Positions 34,192 to 42,818 of a DNA stretch of 51,183 nucleotides are shown here, in pieces. The stretch spans positions 1 through 51,183 of IMG/VR virus record IMGVR_UViG_3300012942_000058. One strand, 5' to 3'. Positions within the stretch are counted from its first letter, which is position 1; the number at the start of each line of letters is the position of its first letter. This DNA is from a virus. Taxonomy: Duplodnaviria; Caudoviricetes. The notes below the pieces were generated by a model that was given only the letters and a program-made list of their open reading frames with translations, had not been told where the DNA came from and did no database searches. The translations under genes and the position numbers were made by a program.

Positions 34192-34334
34192 GCGCATGTA
34201 ATAGCACGCAATAGCAGTACAACCGACCTCCCGCGCGGCGCGCGCGATGGTTGCTATTGATTATTACCTATCGCAGCCTGGCAGCGACGTGTGACGGTCA
34301 GACCGTTACACGCATAGCGTACACGTTGACTAAT
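34192..34334 (-). repeat. Copy B of the 143-bp non-coding element (candidate origin or protein-binding array)
   Basis: Reverse complement aligns without gaps to 31-173; lies in the divergent gap between the helicase and the replication operon. Confidence 0.9.
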
Positions 34335-34344
34335 AATTTACTGG

Positions 34345-34373
34345 TAGTCTTCCCGCCCGCCGCAGGGTAGGTT
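34345..34373 (+). promoter_or_regulatory. Putative promoter TAGTC-N16-GGTAGGTT for the replication operon
   Basis: Recurring motif spacing. Confidence 0.45.
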
Positions 34374-34403
34374 TAAGCCTCCGACACGACACAGGAGACG
34401 TAG

Positions 34404-35006
34404 ATGACAGACGTGATGAGCGACATCGCGGCAGAGGCCGCTGCAGCCGACCAGGAGGCGTCCCCCGCTCCCCCGGCCACGCTCGAGGCGGCACAGGCGC
34501 TGGCGGCCGAGGTCAACACCCTCAGCTCGCGCATCGAGAAGGGCGAGGAGCTGCTGAAGGAGCTTCGTGGCCGTAAGAACGCCATCCTGGGGCGCGAGCT
34601 GGTCGAGCTCATGGACACTCTCAAGATCGAGAACTTCACGGTGGACGGCACCAAGTTCGAGGTCGGCCCCTACTACCACGCGAGCATTCCCGAGGAGCAT
34701 CGCGACACGGCGCACGACTGGCTGGAGGAGAACGAGGCCGGAGACCTGATCAACAATCAGGTTGTGGCGTCCTTCTCCAAGGACGACGCCGAGGAGGCTC
34801 GTGCGCTGGAGACGTACATTCGCGAGCGCTACCAGATGGCCACGGTCGAGCGCAAGCGGGGTGTTCCGTGGGCACGCCTGACCTCGTGGCTGAAGGAGCT
34901 GTTCGAGACCCAGGACGAGCACACTGTGCTGCCGCCGCTGGACATCATGGGCGCGACCGTGGGTCGCGTCGTCAAGATCAAGCCGCCGAAGAAGTCGCGC
35001 GGCTGA
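34404..35006 (+). CDS. Conserved phage replication-module protein, function unknown
   Basis: AGGAG SD; coiled coil then 'ASIP......AHDWLEEN..GDLI.N.V'. Confidence 0.7.
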   Translation: MTDVMSDIAAEAAAADQEASPAPPATLEAAQALAAEVNTLSSRIEKGEELLKELRGRKNAILGRELVELMDTLKIENFTVDGTKFEVGPYYHASIPEEHRDTAHDWLEENEAGDLINNQVVASFSKDDAEEARALETYIRERYQMATVERKRGVPWARLTSWLKELFETQDEHTVLPPLDIMGATVGRVVKIKPPKKSRG

Positions 35007-35052
35007 CGAGACCCGGAGAGGCCGGGAGATCAAACGCCAGAAAGGAGATACC

Positions 35053-35916
35053 ATGGCGAGCGAAGACAAGAAGAGCAGTGCGGTGGCGGTCAAGAAGGAT
35101 CAGCTGCCGGCGGAGCTGATGGAGGAGCTTGCGGCCGACGCCGGGGCGGGCACCTCGCAGTCGGCAGACGACAACATCGTGCCGTTCATCGTCCTGCTTC
35201 AGGACATGTCGCCCGAGGTGAAGAAGCGCGATCCCGAGTACGTCGACGGCGCCGAAGTCGGCATGCTGCTGAACAAGGCCACCAAGCAGCTCTATGCTGC
35301 GGACGAGAAGCAGGCCGAGGAGGCGGGCCTCCCGATTCTCGAGTTTCAGCCCTGCTACTTCGACCGCTGCGTGGTCGAGTGGGTGCCGCGTGCTGACGGT
35401 GGCGGCTTCGTCGCTCGTCACGAGCTCCAGGGCTCGCCCGAGCAGACGATGGAGAAGCTGGGTGCCCGGCAGGTTCCCGATCCGCAGGACCCGAACAAGA
35501 AGATCTGGCGCACCAGCGACGGCAAGAACGACCTCATCGACACGCGCTATCACTTCGGGCACGTGATCTCCGAGGACGGTATCTCGCCCGCTGTGCTGGC
35601 GTTCAGCTCGACCGGACACACCGCATCCCGCGAGTGGATGACGATGATGAACAACTTCAAGGTTCCGGTGAAGCAGGCGGACGGCACCACGGTGCTCAAG
35701 TCGGCACCGTCGTGGTCCAAGAAGTATCGGGTCGGCTCCAAGCCCAAGTCCAACAAGAAGGGCGACTTCTTCGTCGTCAACATCGCCGACGCGGGTGTGA
35801 TCGTGGACACAGCGGTGCGTGCGGCCGGCAAGGCGCTCAACGCCTCGGTTGGCTCGGGTGCTGTTCGTGCTGCGCAGGACGAGGCTCCGGCCGGAGGCGA
35901 GGACTCGCCCATCTGA
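35053..35916 (+). CDS. Putative ssDNA-binding/annealing protein
   Basis: 'PFI.LLQ.MSPEV', 'YVDGA..G', 'VEWVPR..GGGFV', acidic C-terminal 'EDSPI'. Confidence 0.6.
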   Translation: MASEDKKSSAVAVKKDQLPAELMEELAADAGAGTSQSADDNIVPFIVLLQDMSPEVKKRDPEYVDGAEVGMLLNKATKQLYAADEKQAEEAGLPILEFQPCYFDRCVVEWVPRADGGGFVARHELQGSPEQTMEKLGARQVPDPQDPNKKIWRTSDGKNDLIDTRYHFGHVISEDGISPAVLAFSSTGHTASREWMTMMNNFKVPVKQADGTTVLKSAPSWSKKYRVGSKPKSNKKGDFFVVNIADAGVIVDTAVRAAGKALNASVGSGAVRAAQDEAPAGGEDSPI

Positions 35917-35935
35917 TCGCTAGGACACGGAGAGC

Positions 35936-35960
35936 GGACCCGCCCACTGTGGGCGGGTCC
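35936..35960. terminator. Perfect GC-rich stem-loop between the ssDNA-binding gene and primase
   Basis: ggacccgccca-ctg-tgggcgggtcc. Confidence 0.5.
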
Positions 35961-35984
35961 TGATCAGCTGCGGCAGGAGTAGAG

Positions 35985-37544
35985 ATGGCAGAGACAGCAG
36001 AGAAGCTGAGCCCGGCAGCCCGAATGATGCGGCTGTTCGCCGGGTACTCGGATGCGTACGGGACATATCGGGTGAGCGACACGGTCTCGCCCAGCGGCAC
36101 CAAGGTGGAGATCAAGTCGTCCGCCTCGACCATGAGAGGGGCGGTGACAGAGGAGCTCTGGCGCGCACATCTTGAGGGGCGTCAGCCGCTCGGGATCATA
36201 CCCATACGGCAGGACAACACAGCGATGTGGGGCTGCGTGGACGTGGACACGTACGACCTGGATCATCTCGCTCTGGTGGAGGCATGCGACAAGGAGGGGC
36301 TCCCGCTCCTCGTCTGCCGGTCGAAGTCTGGTGGCGCGCACCTGTTCCTGTTCATGAAGGAGGGAGAGGCCGTGAGCGCCGAGATCATGCAGATGCGCCT
36401 GAGAGAGATGGCTGCTCTGCTGGGTCACGGCTCGGCCGAGGTCTTCCCCAAGCAGAAGACGGTGGCGCTGGACCGGGGCGACCTTGGCAACTGGCTCAAC
36501 ATGCCGTACTTTGGCGGCGACAAGACCGATCGCTACGGTGTGAACAAGAAGGGGATGGAGATGTCCCTGTCTCAGTTCCTGGCGCGAGCCGAGACGCTGA
36601 GGCAGCCAGCTCTGGCGCTGGACCGCGAGTTCCGCAAGAAGTCCGATGGGGCGAAGGACCCCGACTGGGGCGACGGACCGCCCTGCATGCAGCATCTTGC
36701 TGCTGCCGGCTATCCTGAGGGCATGCGCAACAAGGGTCTCTTCAATCTGGCGACATTCGCCAAGAAGAAGTATGGCTCGCGCTGGGTGGAGGTTCTGGAG
36801 CGCTGGAACCGAGACCACTTCGATCCGCCGCTGCCCACCTCCGAGGTGATGGACATCATCAAGAGCCAGGAGAGGAAGGACTACAACTATCAGTGCAAGG
36901 AGCATCCTCTCGTCTCGCACTGCAACTCCGTCATGTGCCGGATGCGCAAGTACGGGGTCGGCGGCGACGAGGACCTGCCGGTGCTCTCGGGCATGTCGGT
37001 GCTGGACACTGTCCCTCCGCTGTGGTTTCTGGACGTCAGCGGCACGCGGATAGAGCTCACGACCGAGGAGCTGCAGAACTACAAGGCATTCCACCGAATC
37101 TGCATGGAGCGCCTGCATCTGTGCTTCCGCATGATGAAGCAGGACACGTGGCTTCAGGTGGTCGGGGCAGCCATGAAGGACGCCATCCGTGTGGAGGTGT
37201 CGGCCGAGGTGTCGGACACAGGCACGTTCGCCGAGCTGCTGGAGGACTTCTGCGTCAACCGCCACCGGGGCGAGCAGCGAGAGGACATCCTTGTTGGTCG
37301 TCCGTGGGAGGACGAGGACGAGCGCCGCCACTACTTCCGTCTGCGCGATCTGCAGAGGTTCCTGGACAGCGCCAACTTCAAGTCGTTCACTCGCGCCAAG
37401 ATCGTCAGCACTCTGCGCGACATGGGCGGCGGCAGGGCCTTCTTCAACATCAAGGGCAAGGGACTCAACGTGTGGTGGGTGCCGAGCGACTTCGTCCCCA
37501 CCCCGACACTCAGTGTCCCGAAGATCGAGCGGGAGCCGATATGA
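35985..37544 (+). CDS. AEP-superfamily primase with PriCT-like domain
   Basis: 'HLEG...LGIIP', 'WGCVDVD', 'RSKSGGAHLFLF', 'EVFPKQ', 'GNWLNMPY', 'PPC...EGMRNKGLF'. Confidence 0.85.
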   Translation: MAETAEKLSPAARMMRLFAGYSDAYGTYRVSDTVSPSGTKVEIKSSASTMRGAVTEELWRAHLEGRQPLGIIPIRQDNTAMWGCVDVDTYDLDHLALVEACDKEGLPLLVCRSKSGGAHLFLFMKEGEAVSAEIMQMRLREMAALLGHGSAEVFPKQKTVALDRGDLGNWLNMPYFGGDKTDRYGVNKKGMEMSLSQFLARAETLRQPALALDREFRKKSDGAKDPDWGDGPPCMQHLAAAGYPEGMRNKGLFNLATFAKKKYGSRWVEVLERWNRDHFDPPLPTSEVMDIIKSQERKDYNYQCKEHPLVSHCNSVMCRMRKYGVGGDEDLPVLSGMSVLDTVPPLWFLDVSGTRIELTTEELQNYKAFHRICMERLHLCFRMMKQDTWLQVVGAAMKDAIRVEVSAEVSDTGTFAELLEDFCVNRHRGEQREDILVGRPWEDEDERRHYFRLRDLQRFLDSANFKSFTRAKIVSTLRDMGGGRAFFNIKGKGLNVWWVPSDFVPTPTLSVPKIEREPI

Positions 37545-37888
37545 CCCCGCGCCCGCTGCCGCAGCCCTCCGAGGCCGACATTGCGAGGTTCATGTCGCGC
37601 GTGGACCGGCTGCCCTGTGGTTGCTGGTTCTGGACCGGGGCTAGGTCGCGAGGGAAGGGGAACCTCAAGTGGTACGGAACATTTTCGTATCAGGGTGTCT
37701 CCATCCGGGCGCATCGCTTCTCCTGCGAGTTCCTTGCGGACCCGCCGAAGCCCTGTCCGCCGGGACACCACAGAGACCACACGTGCGAGTTCTCGCTCTG
37801 CGTTGCGCCGGAGTGCTTCGAGATCGTGACGCACGAGGAGAACGAGAGGCGCAAGCAGGAGCGAAGGAGGCGACATTGCCCACAGTGA
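37541..37888 (+). CDS. HNH-like (HNH_3-type) protein with atypical motif
   Basis: 'CWFWTG', 'YGTF', 'AHRFS', 'DHTC...CVAPECFEIVT..EN'. Confidence 0.7.
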   Translation: MTPRPLPQPSEADIARFMSRVDRLPCGCWFWTGARSRGKGNLKWYGTFSYQGVSIRAHRFSCEFLADPPKPCPPGHHRDHTCEFSLCVAPECFEIVTHEENERRKQERRRRHCPQ

Positions 37889-38145
37889 AGAGCTGGACGA
37901 GACACCAGACAGAGACGAGTGTTCACCTGACATGGGAGGACCTGCGCAGCGCCATCCAGACGGCGGCGCTGGCTGCCATGAGCGAGGCAGGGGAGCGATG
38001 CGTGTTTCCGGGTGGCATCAAGATCGACATAATGATCCGGCAGGAGACGGAGGGCTCTCCTCCGTACAACGTGCCCCGCTGGTTTGCGCACGTGGCTGTG
38101 GTCGGCGAGCATCTTCCCGACGGACCAGAGGAGAGCGAGACATGA
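37885..38145 (+). CDS. Hypothetical protein
   Basis: GTGA and ATGA overlaps on both sides. Confidence 0.55.
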   Translation: MKSWTRHQTETSVHLTWEDLRSAIQTAALAAMSEAGERCVFPGGIKIDIMIRQETEGSPPYNVPRWFAHVAVVGEHLPDGPEESET

Positions 38146-38381
38146 GCGGACGCGATGTTCTTGTGGAGCTGCACTGGCACCATACCCGAGACACCGAGGC
38201 CTCGTACTGCGTCTCGGAGACCGGCGACTCCGACGACGCCATCTATCTGCCCAAGTCCGAGTGCGCTCGGCTGGTAGCGCGACGACCGAGCGGAGGCTAT
38301 GCTGCTCCGGTCTGCGTCTACCGTGTTCCGGAGTGGCTGGCGCGGCGGCACGAGCTGGACTACGAGGAGGACGACGAGTGA
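38142..38381 (+). CDS. Hypothetical protein
   Basis: 'AIYLPKSE...VPEWLA' small phage protein pattern. Confidence 0.6.
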   Translation: MSGRDVLVELHWHHTRDTEASYCVSETGDSDDAIYLPKSECARLVARRPSGGYAAPVCVYRVPEWLARRHELDYEEDDE

Positions 38382-39118
38382 GGTACATTCTGGACGTGGA
38401 CGGGACGCTGGTCGAGCCTCACGGCGAGATCGACGACGACATGCTGGCGGAGCTGGACTCCATGTGCGAGGACGTCGGCACCGAGAGCATCTATCTGCTG
38501 AGCGGCGCAACCTTCGACAAGATGCGCCGTCAGCTCTGCGGAGCCGAGACCTACGCCTCCGTGCTCTTCACCGAGCTGGGCAACGTCTGCACAACCTGGG
38601 ACCACGAGCGCGGCGGCTGGACCGAGCGGTGGCGCCGCGAGGGAGTCCCCGGTCGCGAGGTCGTGGAGAGCTTCCTGCTTCTCCGGGAGGCCTCGCCGTG
38701 GGAGGGCGAGCGGGCGGGGCGGTACGTCGAGACTCGGTCGGGGATGATCAACCTCTCGGTGGTGGGTCGTGACTGCTCCGAGGAGAGCCGGCAGGCATAC
38801 TCCGCCTGGGATCGCGAGCACCGGGAGCGTCTGGGGATCGTGGACGCTCTTCGCCGTCTGCATCCTGAGTGCGTGTTCACCCTTGGTGGTGCCATCTCGG
38901 TGGATGCGACGCTCTTCGAGAGGACCAAGGCGCAGATACTCGCCGACATTCGCCAGAGCTACACAGGGCCTCTGACTCTCGTCGCAGACGGCATGATAGT
39001 CGGCAACGACGCGCCGCTGGCCTGGGCTCTGTGGACGGAGAGCGAGGACAACCGTCTGGAGCCGGTGCGCTCTCGGCGCGACACTCTGGCGTGGATGCGC
39101 CGAAGGAGACGAGCATGA
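38378..39118 (+). CDS. HAD-IIB eukaryote-type phosphomannomutase-like protein
   Basis: 'LDVDGTL', 'ETRSGMINLSVVGR', 'GGAISVD', 'K', 'GND' match PMM2-type motifs. Confidence 0.8.
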   Translation: MRYILDVDGTLVEPHGEIDDDMLAELDSMCEDVGTESIYLLSGATFDKMRRQLCGAETYASVLFTELGNVCTTWDHERGGWTERWRREGVPGREVVESFLLLREASPWEGERAGRYVETRSGMINLSVVGRDCSEESRQAYSAWDREHRERLGIVDALRRLHPECVFTLGGAISVDATLFERTKAQILADIRQSYTGPLTLVADGMIVGNDAPLAWALWTESEDNRLEPVRSRRDTLAWMRRRRRA

Positions 39119-39540
39119 CCTACACCTCCGATCAGTTCCTCACCACCGATCGGGTGCGCCGGACGTACGAGCGCTGCTGGCGCGACGAGAGCAAGGCTGG
39201 CAGGGCGACATCCGTGACCGTGACGGCGTGGATGCTGCGACACACGTTCGGCGTGCGTCGCATCCAGACGGAGCGTGAGAGCATCATAAGGATGCTGCTC
39301 AGCCTGCCCGAGGGTTTTCGCGCCGACGTGGGCGGAGGTGGCTCGGTTGCGACGGCCACGTCCCGAGGCGACGGAACCTTCTGGACTGGCGACATGACCG
39401 ACGTGGAGAAGCTGGTTGCGCTGGGCGTGGCCTCGGGACTCGTGTCCTTCTGCGCCGCCCGCGAGAGCTGGGCGCGGCTTCCGGGTGGTCTGCCGTACAT
39501 TCGGATCGAGATAACGCGCTTTGGGGTCAGTGTGAACTGA
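39115..39540 (+). CDS. Hypothetical protein
   Basis: AAGGAG SD; 'GGGSV..A....DG..WTG....VEKLVALG', 'LPGGLPY'. Confidence 0.65.
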   Translation: MTYTSDQFLTTDRVRRTYERCWRDESKAGRATSVTVTAWMLRHTFGVRRIQTERESIIRMLLSLPEGFRADVGGGGSVATATSRGDGTFWTGDMTDVEKLVALGVASGLVSFCAARESWARLPGGLPYIRIEITRFGVSVN

Positions 39541-40025
39541 TGGGATACAGCAACAGTATATCGCGACGACCGTACAGTGAACTCGGCGAGGACGACGAAG
39601 TTGAGGTTCTTCTGGAGCGGGTGTGGTGTTGCTCGTGGAAGGGGAGATTCGACTTCGTCTATGCTCTTCGCGCTGGCGACGCTGTAAAGATTGGTAGGTC
39701 GAGAGACCCGCGTAAGCGTATTCGGCAGCTGAAGAACATGACTGTCGAAGAGACGACACTTGTGGCTCTTGTTCCTGCCGACGACGACAAGGAGGAGGAT
39801 CTTCACCGACAGTTTCGTCATCTTCACATAAAGGGCGAGTGGTTCCGAGCGACAGACGAGCTCGTGGACGCTCTTTGCAGGGAGCAGGAGCTTGGCGACC
39901 GTACTGCTGCGAATATGCGAGCTGTCATTCAGAGGCACGAGGAGTGGCTGATAAGAAGAAAGATGAAGTCTCTTGTTCCACGAGAATTAATGGAGGATAT
40001 TTTATCATGTCCCACCCCAGCCTGA
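39540..40025 (+). CDS. GIY-YIG nuclease (T5orf172/MUG113-like)
   Basis: 'FVYAL', 'VKIGRS.DP.KR..QL', 'EEDLH..F..L.IKGEWF'; lower GC. Confidence 0.8.
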   Translation: MGYSNSISRRPYSELGEDDEVEVLLERVWCCSWKGRFDFVYALRAGDAVKIGRSRDPRKRIRQLKNMTVEETTLVALVPADDDKEEDLHRQFRHLHIKGEWFRATDELVDALCREQELGDRTAANMRAVIQRHEEWLIRRKMKSLVPRELMEDILSCPTPA

Positions 40026-40309
40026 CACCGGCCCAGGCCGAGAGACTCGAGATGCTGGCCGAGGAGGCCGCAGAGGTCGTCCAGATGTGCACGAAGATCC
40101 TTCGGCACGGATACAGCAGCTATCATCCGGACGATCCTAAGAGGACGCGGAACGGCGTCCTTCTGGAGAAGGAGCTGGACGAGCTGGACGCGATCCGCAG
40201 AGCGATGCACGAGGAGAGAGATCTCCCTGCCGTGTCGGCCGAGTTCTGGCGCGACGTCTGGCGACGCAAGCTCCGCTGGACGCACCACCAGACGGAGGAG
40301 CATCAGTGA
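40007..40309 (+). CDS. MazG-like nucleotide pyrophosphohydrolase
   Basis: 'LAEEAAEVVQ...KILRHG', 'LEKELDEL'; GGAGG SD. Confidence 0.65.
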   Translation: MSHPSLTPAQAERLEMLAEEAAEVVQMCTKILRHGYSSYHPDDPKRTRNGVLLEKELDELDAIRRAMHEERDLPAVSAEFWRDVWRRKLRWTHHQTEEHQ

Positions 40310-41826
40310 CTCCGGAGATCGTCCTCGGGCCACCGGGAACTGGAAAGACAACCACACTTCTCGGCATGGTCGAGGAGGAGCTGGCGCGCGGCGTCGCTCC
40401 GGACCGCATAGGGTACATCAGCTTCACGCGCAAGGCGACCGAGGAGGCTCGCTCCCGCGCCACGCAGCGCTTCTCCCTGCGCGCCAGCCAGCTGCCGTGG
40501 GTCCGCACCATCCACTCGCTGTGCTTCGCTGCTCTCGGTCTGTCGTCGTCGGAGGTGCTGGAGGGACCGAAGCTGCGCGAGTTCGGCGACTGGATCGGAG
40601 TCCCGGTCACCGGAATGGTCTCCGGCGCGGAAGAGGGGTCGACGTTCGGCTTCGAGACCGGGGACCGCTGCCTGTTCATGGAGAACCTTGCCCGCGTCCG
40701 CATGATTCCTCTGCGTCAGCAGTACGACACCAACTCGGACGATCTCCCGTGGGCGCTGGTCGACCGGGTGTCTCGGGGTCTTGCCGAGTACAAGAAGGCG
40801 CGGGGTCTCGTGGACTTCACCGACATGCTCCAGATGTTCGCCGACTCGGAGTGGAGCGCCCGGCTGGAGGTGCTCTTCGTGGACGAGGCTCAGGACCTGT
40901 CGCTGCTTCAGTGGCGAGTCGTGGAGCGCCTTGCTCGGGGCGCACGCCGCGTCGTGCTGGCCGGAGACGACGACCAGGCAATCTACTCCTGGGCGGGCGC
41001 AGCGACGGAGCACTTCGTCTCCATGCCGGGCCAGGCAAGGACGCTGGAGCGCTCCTGGCGCGTGCCCTCGGCCGTTCAGCCCACGGCGCTACGCATCCTC
41101 GCTGGTGTTCGTCAGCGGCGCGACAAGGTCTGGAGGCCGCGAGAGGGCAGCGCGGGCGTGGTCTCTCGGGTCCAGTCGCTGGACGAGGTGGACTTTGCCT
41201 CCGGAGAGGAGACGCTGGTGCTCTCCCGCAACGCCTGCTTCCTGCGGGACGATGCCATGCCTCTTCTGCGCTCCGAGGGTGTGCTGTACGACTTTCGCGG
41301 CGCGACGTCCGTGCGTCAGTCGCTGGTCGAGGCCATCCTCGACTGGGAGACTCTGCGCCGAGGCGAGCGCATCTCGATCAAGCAGGCCGAGCGAGTGTAC
41401 CAGCAGCTGCGTGTCGGAGAGGGTGTAGCCCGAGGACACAAGAAGCTACCCGCCTGGACCGATCGAGACGAGGAGGTGGACATTCGCGACTTGAGGGGAC
41501 GCGGTGGTCTCCTGACTGACGCCATCTGGCACGAGGCGATGGACCGCATCGACCCGAGCGACCGAGCCTACATGGTCAAGGCCCTACGCCGAGGCGACCG
41601 GCTGACGCGTCGGCCGCTCGTGCGTCTGTCCACCATCCACGGCTCCAAGGGCGGCGAGGCTCCTCATGTGGTGCTGATTCGGGACGTGGCGTGGCGCACC
41701 TACCGAGAGAGCCTGGACGCTCCCGAAGACGAGTCGCGCGTCTGGTACGTGGCTGCGACCAGAGCCCAGGAGCGACTGACCATCGTTGCTCCGCAGACGC
41801 GCTCCGAGAGAGCCTTCGACATCTGA
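40306..41826 (+). CDS. UvrD/Rep-family SF1 helicase
   Basis: 'GPPGTGKTT', 'RTIHS', 'VDEAQD', 'AGDDDQAIY', 'STIHGSKGGE', 'YVAATRA'. Confidence 0.92.
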   Translation: MTPEIVLGPPGTGKTTTLLGMVEEELARGVAPDRIGYISFTRKATEEARSRATQRFSLRASQLPWVRTIHSLCFAALGLSSSEVLEGPKLREFGDWIGVPVTGMVSGAEEGSTFGFETGDRCLFMENLARVRMIPLRQQYDTNSDDLPWALVDRVSRGLAEYKKARGLVDFTDMLQMFADSEWSARLEVLFVDEAQDLSLLQWRVVERLARGARRVVLAGDDDQAIYSWAGAATEHFVSMPGQARTLERSWRVPSAVQPTALRILAGVRQRRDKVWRPREGSAGVVSRVQSLDEVDFASGEETLVLSRNACFLRDDAMPLLRSEGVLYDFRGATSVRQSLVEAILDWETLRRGERISIKQAERVYQQLRVGEGVARGHKKLPAWTDRDEEVDIRDLRGRGGLLTDAIWHEAMDRIDPSDRAYMVKALRRGDRLTRRPLVRLSTIHGSKGGEAPHVVLIRDVAWRTYRESLDAPEDESRVWYVAATRAQERLTIVAPQTRSERAFDI

Positions 41827-41848
41827 CCACTGTCTCCGAAGATTGGAC

Positions 41849-41877
41849 TTTACGCTCCTCCCGGGAGAGGCTACAAC
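41849..41877 (+). promoter_or_regulatory. Promoter TTTAC-N16-GCTACAAC
   Basis: Recurring motif. Confidence 0.65.
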
Positions 41878-41905
41878 TGATAATGTACCGCAAACGGAGT
41901 CTGCC

Positions 41906-42574
41906 TTGGCATGCGTGGTCGTAACCAGAAACGGAGAGGGATCGGTGTGGAAGTTCTCCACGCTGAGGGAGGCACGCCTCCATCCCATTCCGCAGATGGA
42001 CGACGTGTATGCCGAGTCCGCCGATCAGCTTGTGGCGCAGTACGGAAGAGAGCACATCGACGGCCTCCTGAGGCTGTTCGAGGGGCGCGACAGGTCCCGT
42101 CTTGTCGACGCCATCGAGACGTGGAGGGCCTCCAGACCCTCCGCGACGCTCGCTCCGGAGGCGCGTGGGCTGATCTGGGATCGGCTGGTGCGTGCTGCCG
42201 CGTCGCCACCAGCCGATCCCGCGGACATCGTTCGCATCACGAGAGAGGATCGGGCTGCTCGGGAGGGAAGGGTTCTGAGGTCCTTCTCCGCGAGCACCCG
42301 ACCCCTGGACCCGGCTGACATGCAGCCATCAAAAGGAAGCAACATGACCAAGCGTAGCCGCATCGCCGACACGTCGACGATCTCCATCACCACCGAGGAA
42401 GGCAAGAATCCGAAGCGCGAGGGCACGCCCTCGCACGAGCGATTCGCCCTCTACAAGGACGGCATGACCGTGAAGCAGGCCAAGGAGGCCGGTGTTCGCG
42501 CTGCCGACATCAGCTACGACTCGGAGAAGGGCTTCATCTCCCTGACCGAGGCCGAGGAGACCGCTGCCGAGTAG
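41906..42574 (+). CDS. Hypothetical protein with C-terminal 'NPK' domain; likely in-frame internal start at 42344
   Basis: TTG after GGAG (start uncertain); AAAGGAAG SD before ATG 42344; 'NPKREGTPSHERFALYKDGMTV...YDSEKGFISL'. Confidence 0.65.
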   Translation: MACVVVTRNGEGSVWKFSTLREARLHPIPQMDDVYAESADQLVAQYGREHIDGLLRLFEGRDRSRLVDAIETWRASRPSATLAPEARGLIWDRLVRAAASPPADPADIVRITREDRAAREGRVLRSFSASTRPLDPADMQPSKGSNMTKRSRIADTSTISITTEEGKNPKREGTPSHERFALYKDGMTVKQAKEAGVRAADISYDSEKGFISLTEAEETAAE

Positions 42575-42596
42575 TCCTCCCCTCTTGGCATCGTAG

Positions 42597-42630
42597 AGCC
42601 CAGGCACCCACCCCTCCGGGTGCCTGGGCT
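42597..42630. terminator. 13-bp stem-loop directly upstream of the tRNA
   Basis: agcccaggcaccc-acccctcc-gggtgcctgggct. Confidence 0.5.
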
Positions 42631-42641
42631 TGCTCTGTTCG

Positions 42642-42716
42642 GCGGGCGTAGCTCAGTGGTAGAGCATCACGCTGCCAGCGTGACTGTCGTCGGTTCGATC
42701 CCGACCGCCCGCTCCA
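42642..42716 (+). tRNA. tRNA-Gly(GCC) with encoded CCA
   Basis: Acceptor GCGGGCG/CGCCCGC, U73, D arm GCTC/GAGC, anticodon stem TCACG/CGTGA with loop CT-GCC-AG, T arm GTCGG-TTCGATC-CCGAC. Confidence 0.95.
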
Positions 42717-42818
42717 GGAGAGCAGTCTCGACGATTCGCTCCTGCTGTGGGCCTCCGGGCGACCAAAGAGCGTGCGTGACAGGCGGGGAGAGACCCGCGC
42801 ACATCACGGAGACCGCGA

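Noticed and set aside
42642-42716. tRNA as an attP/att site of a prophage
   Set aside because: No integrase, no duplicated tRNA 3' end and no host genes in the window
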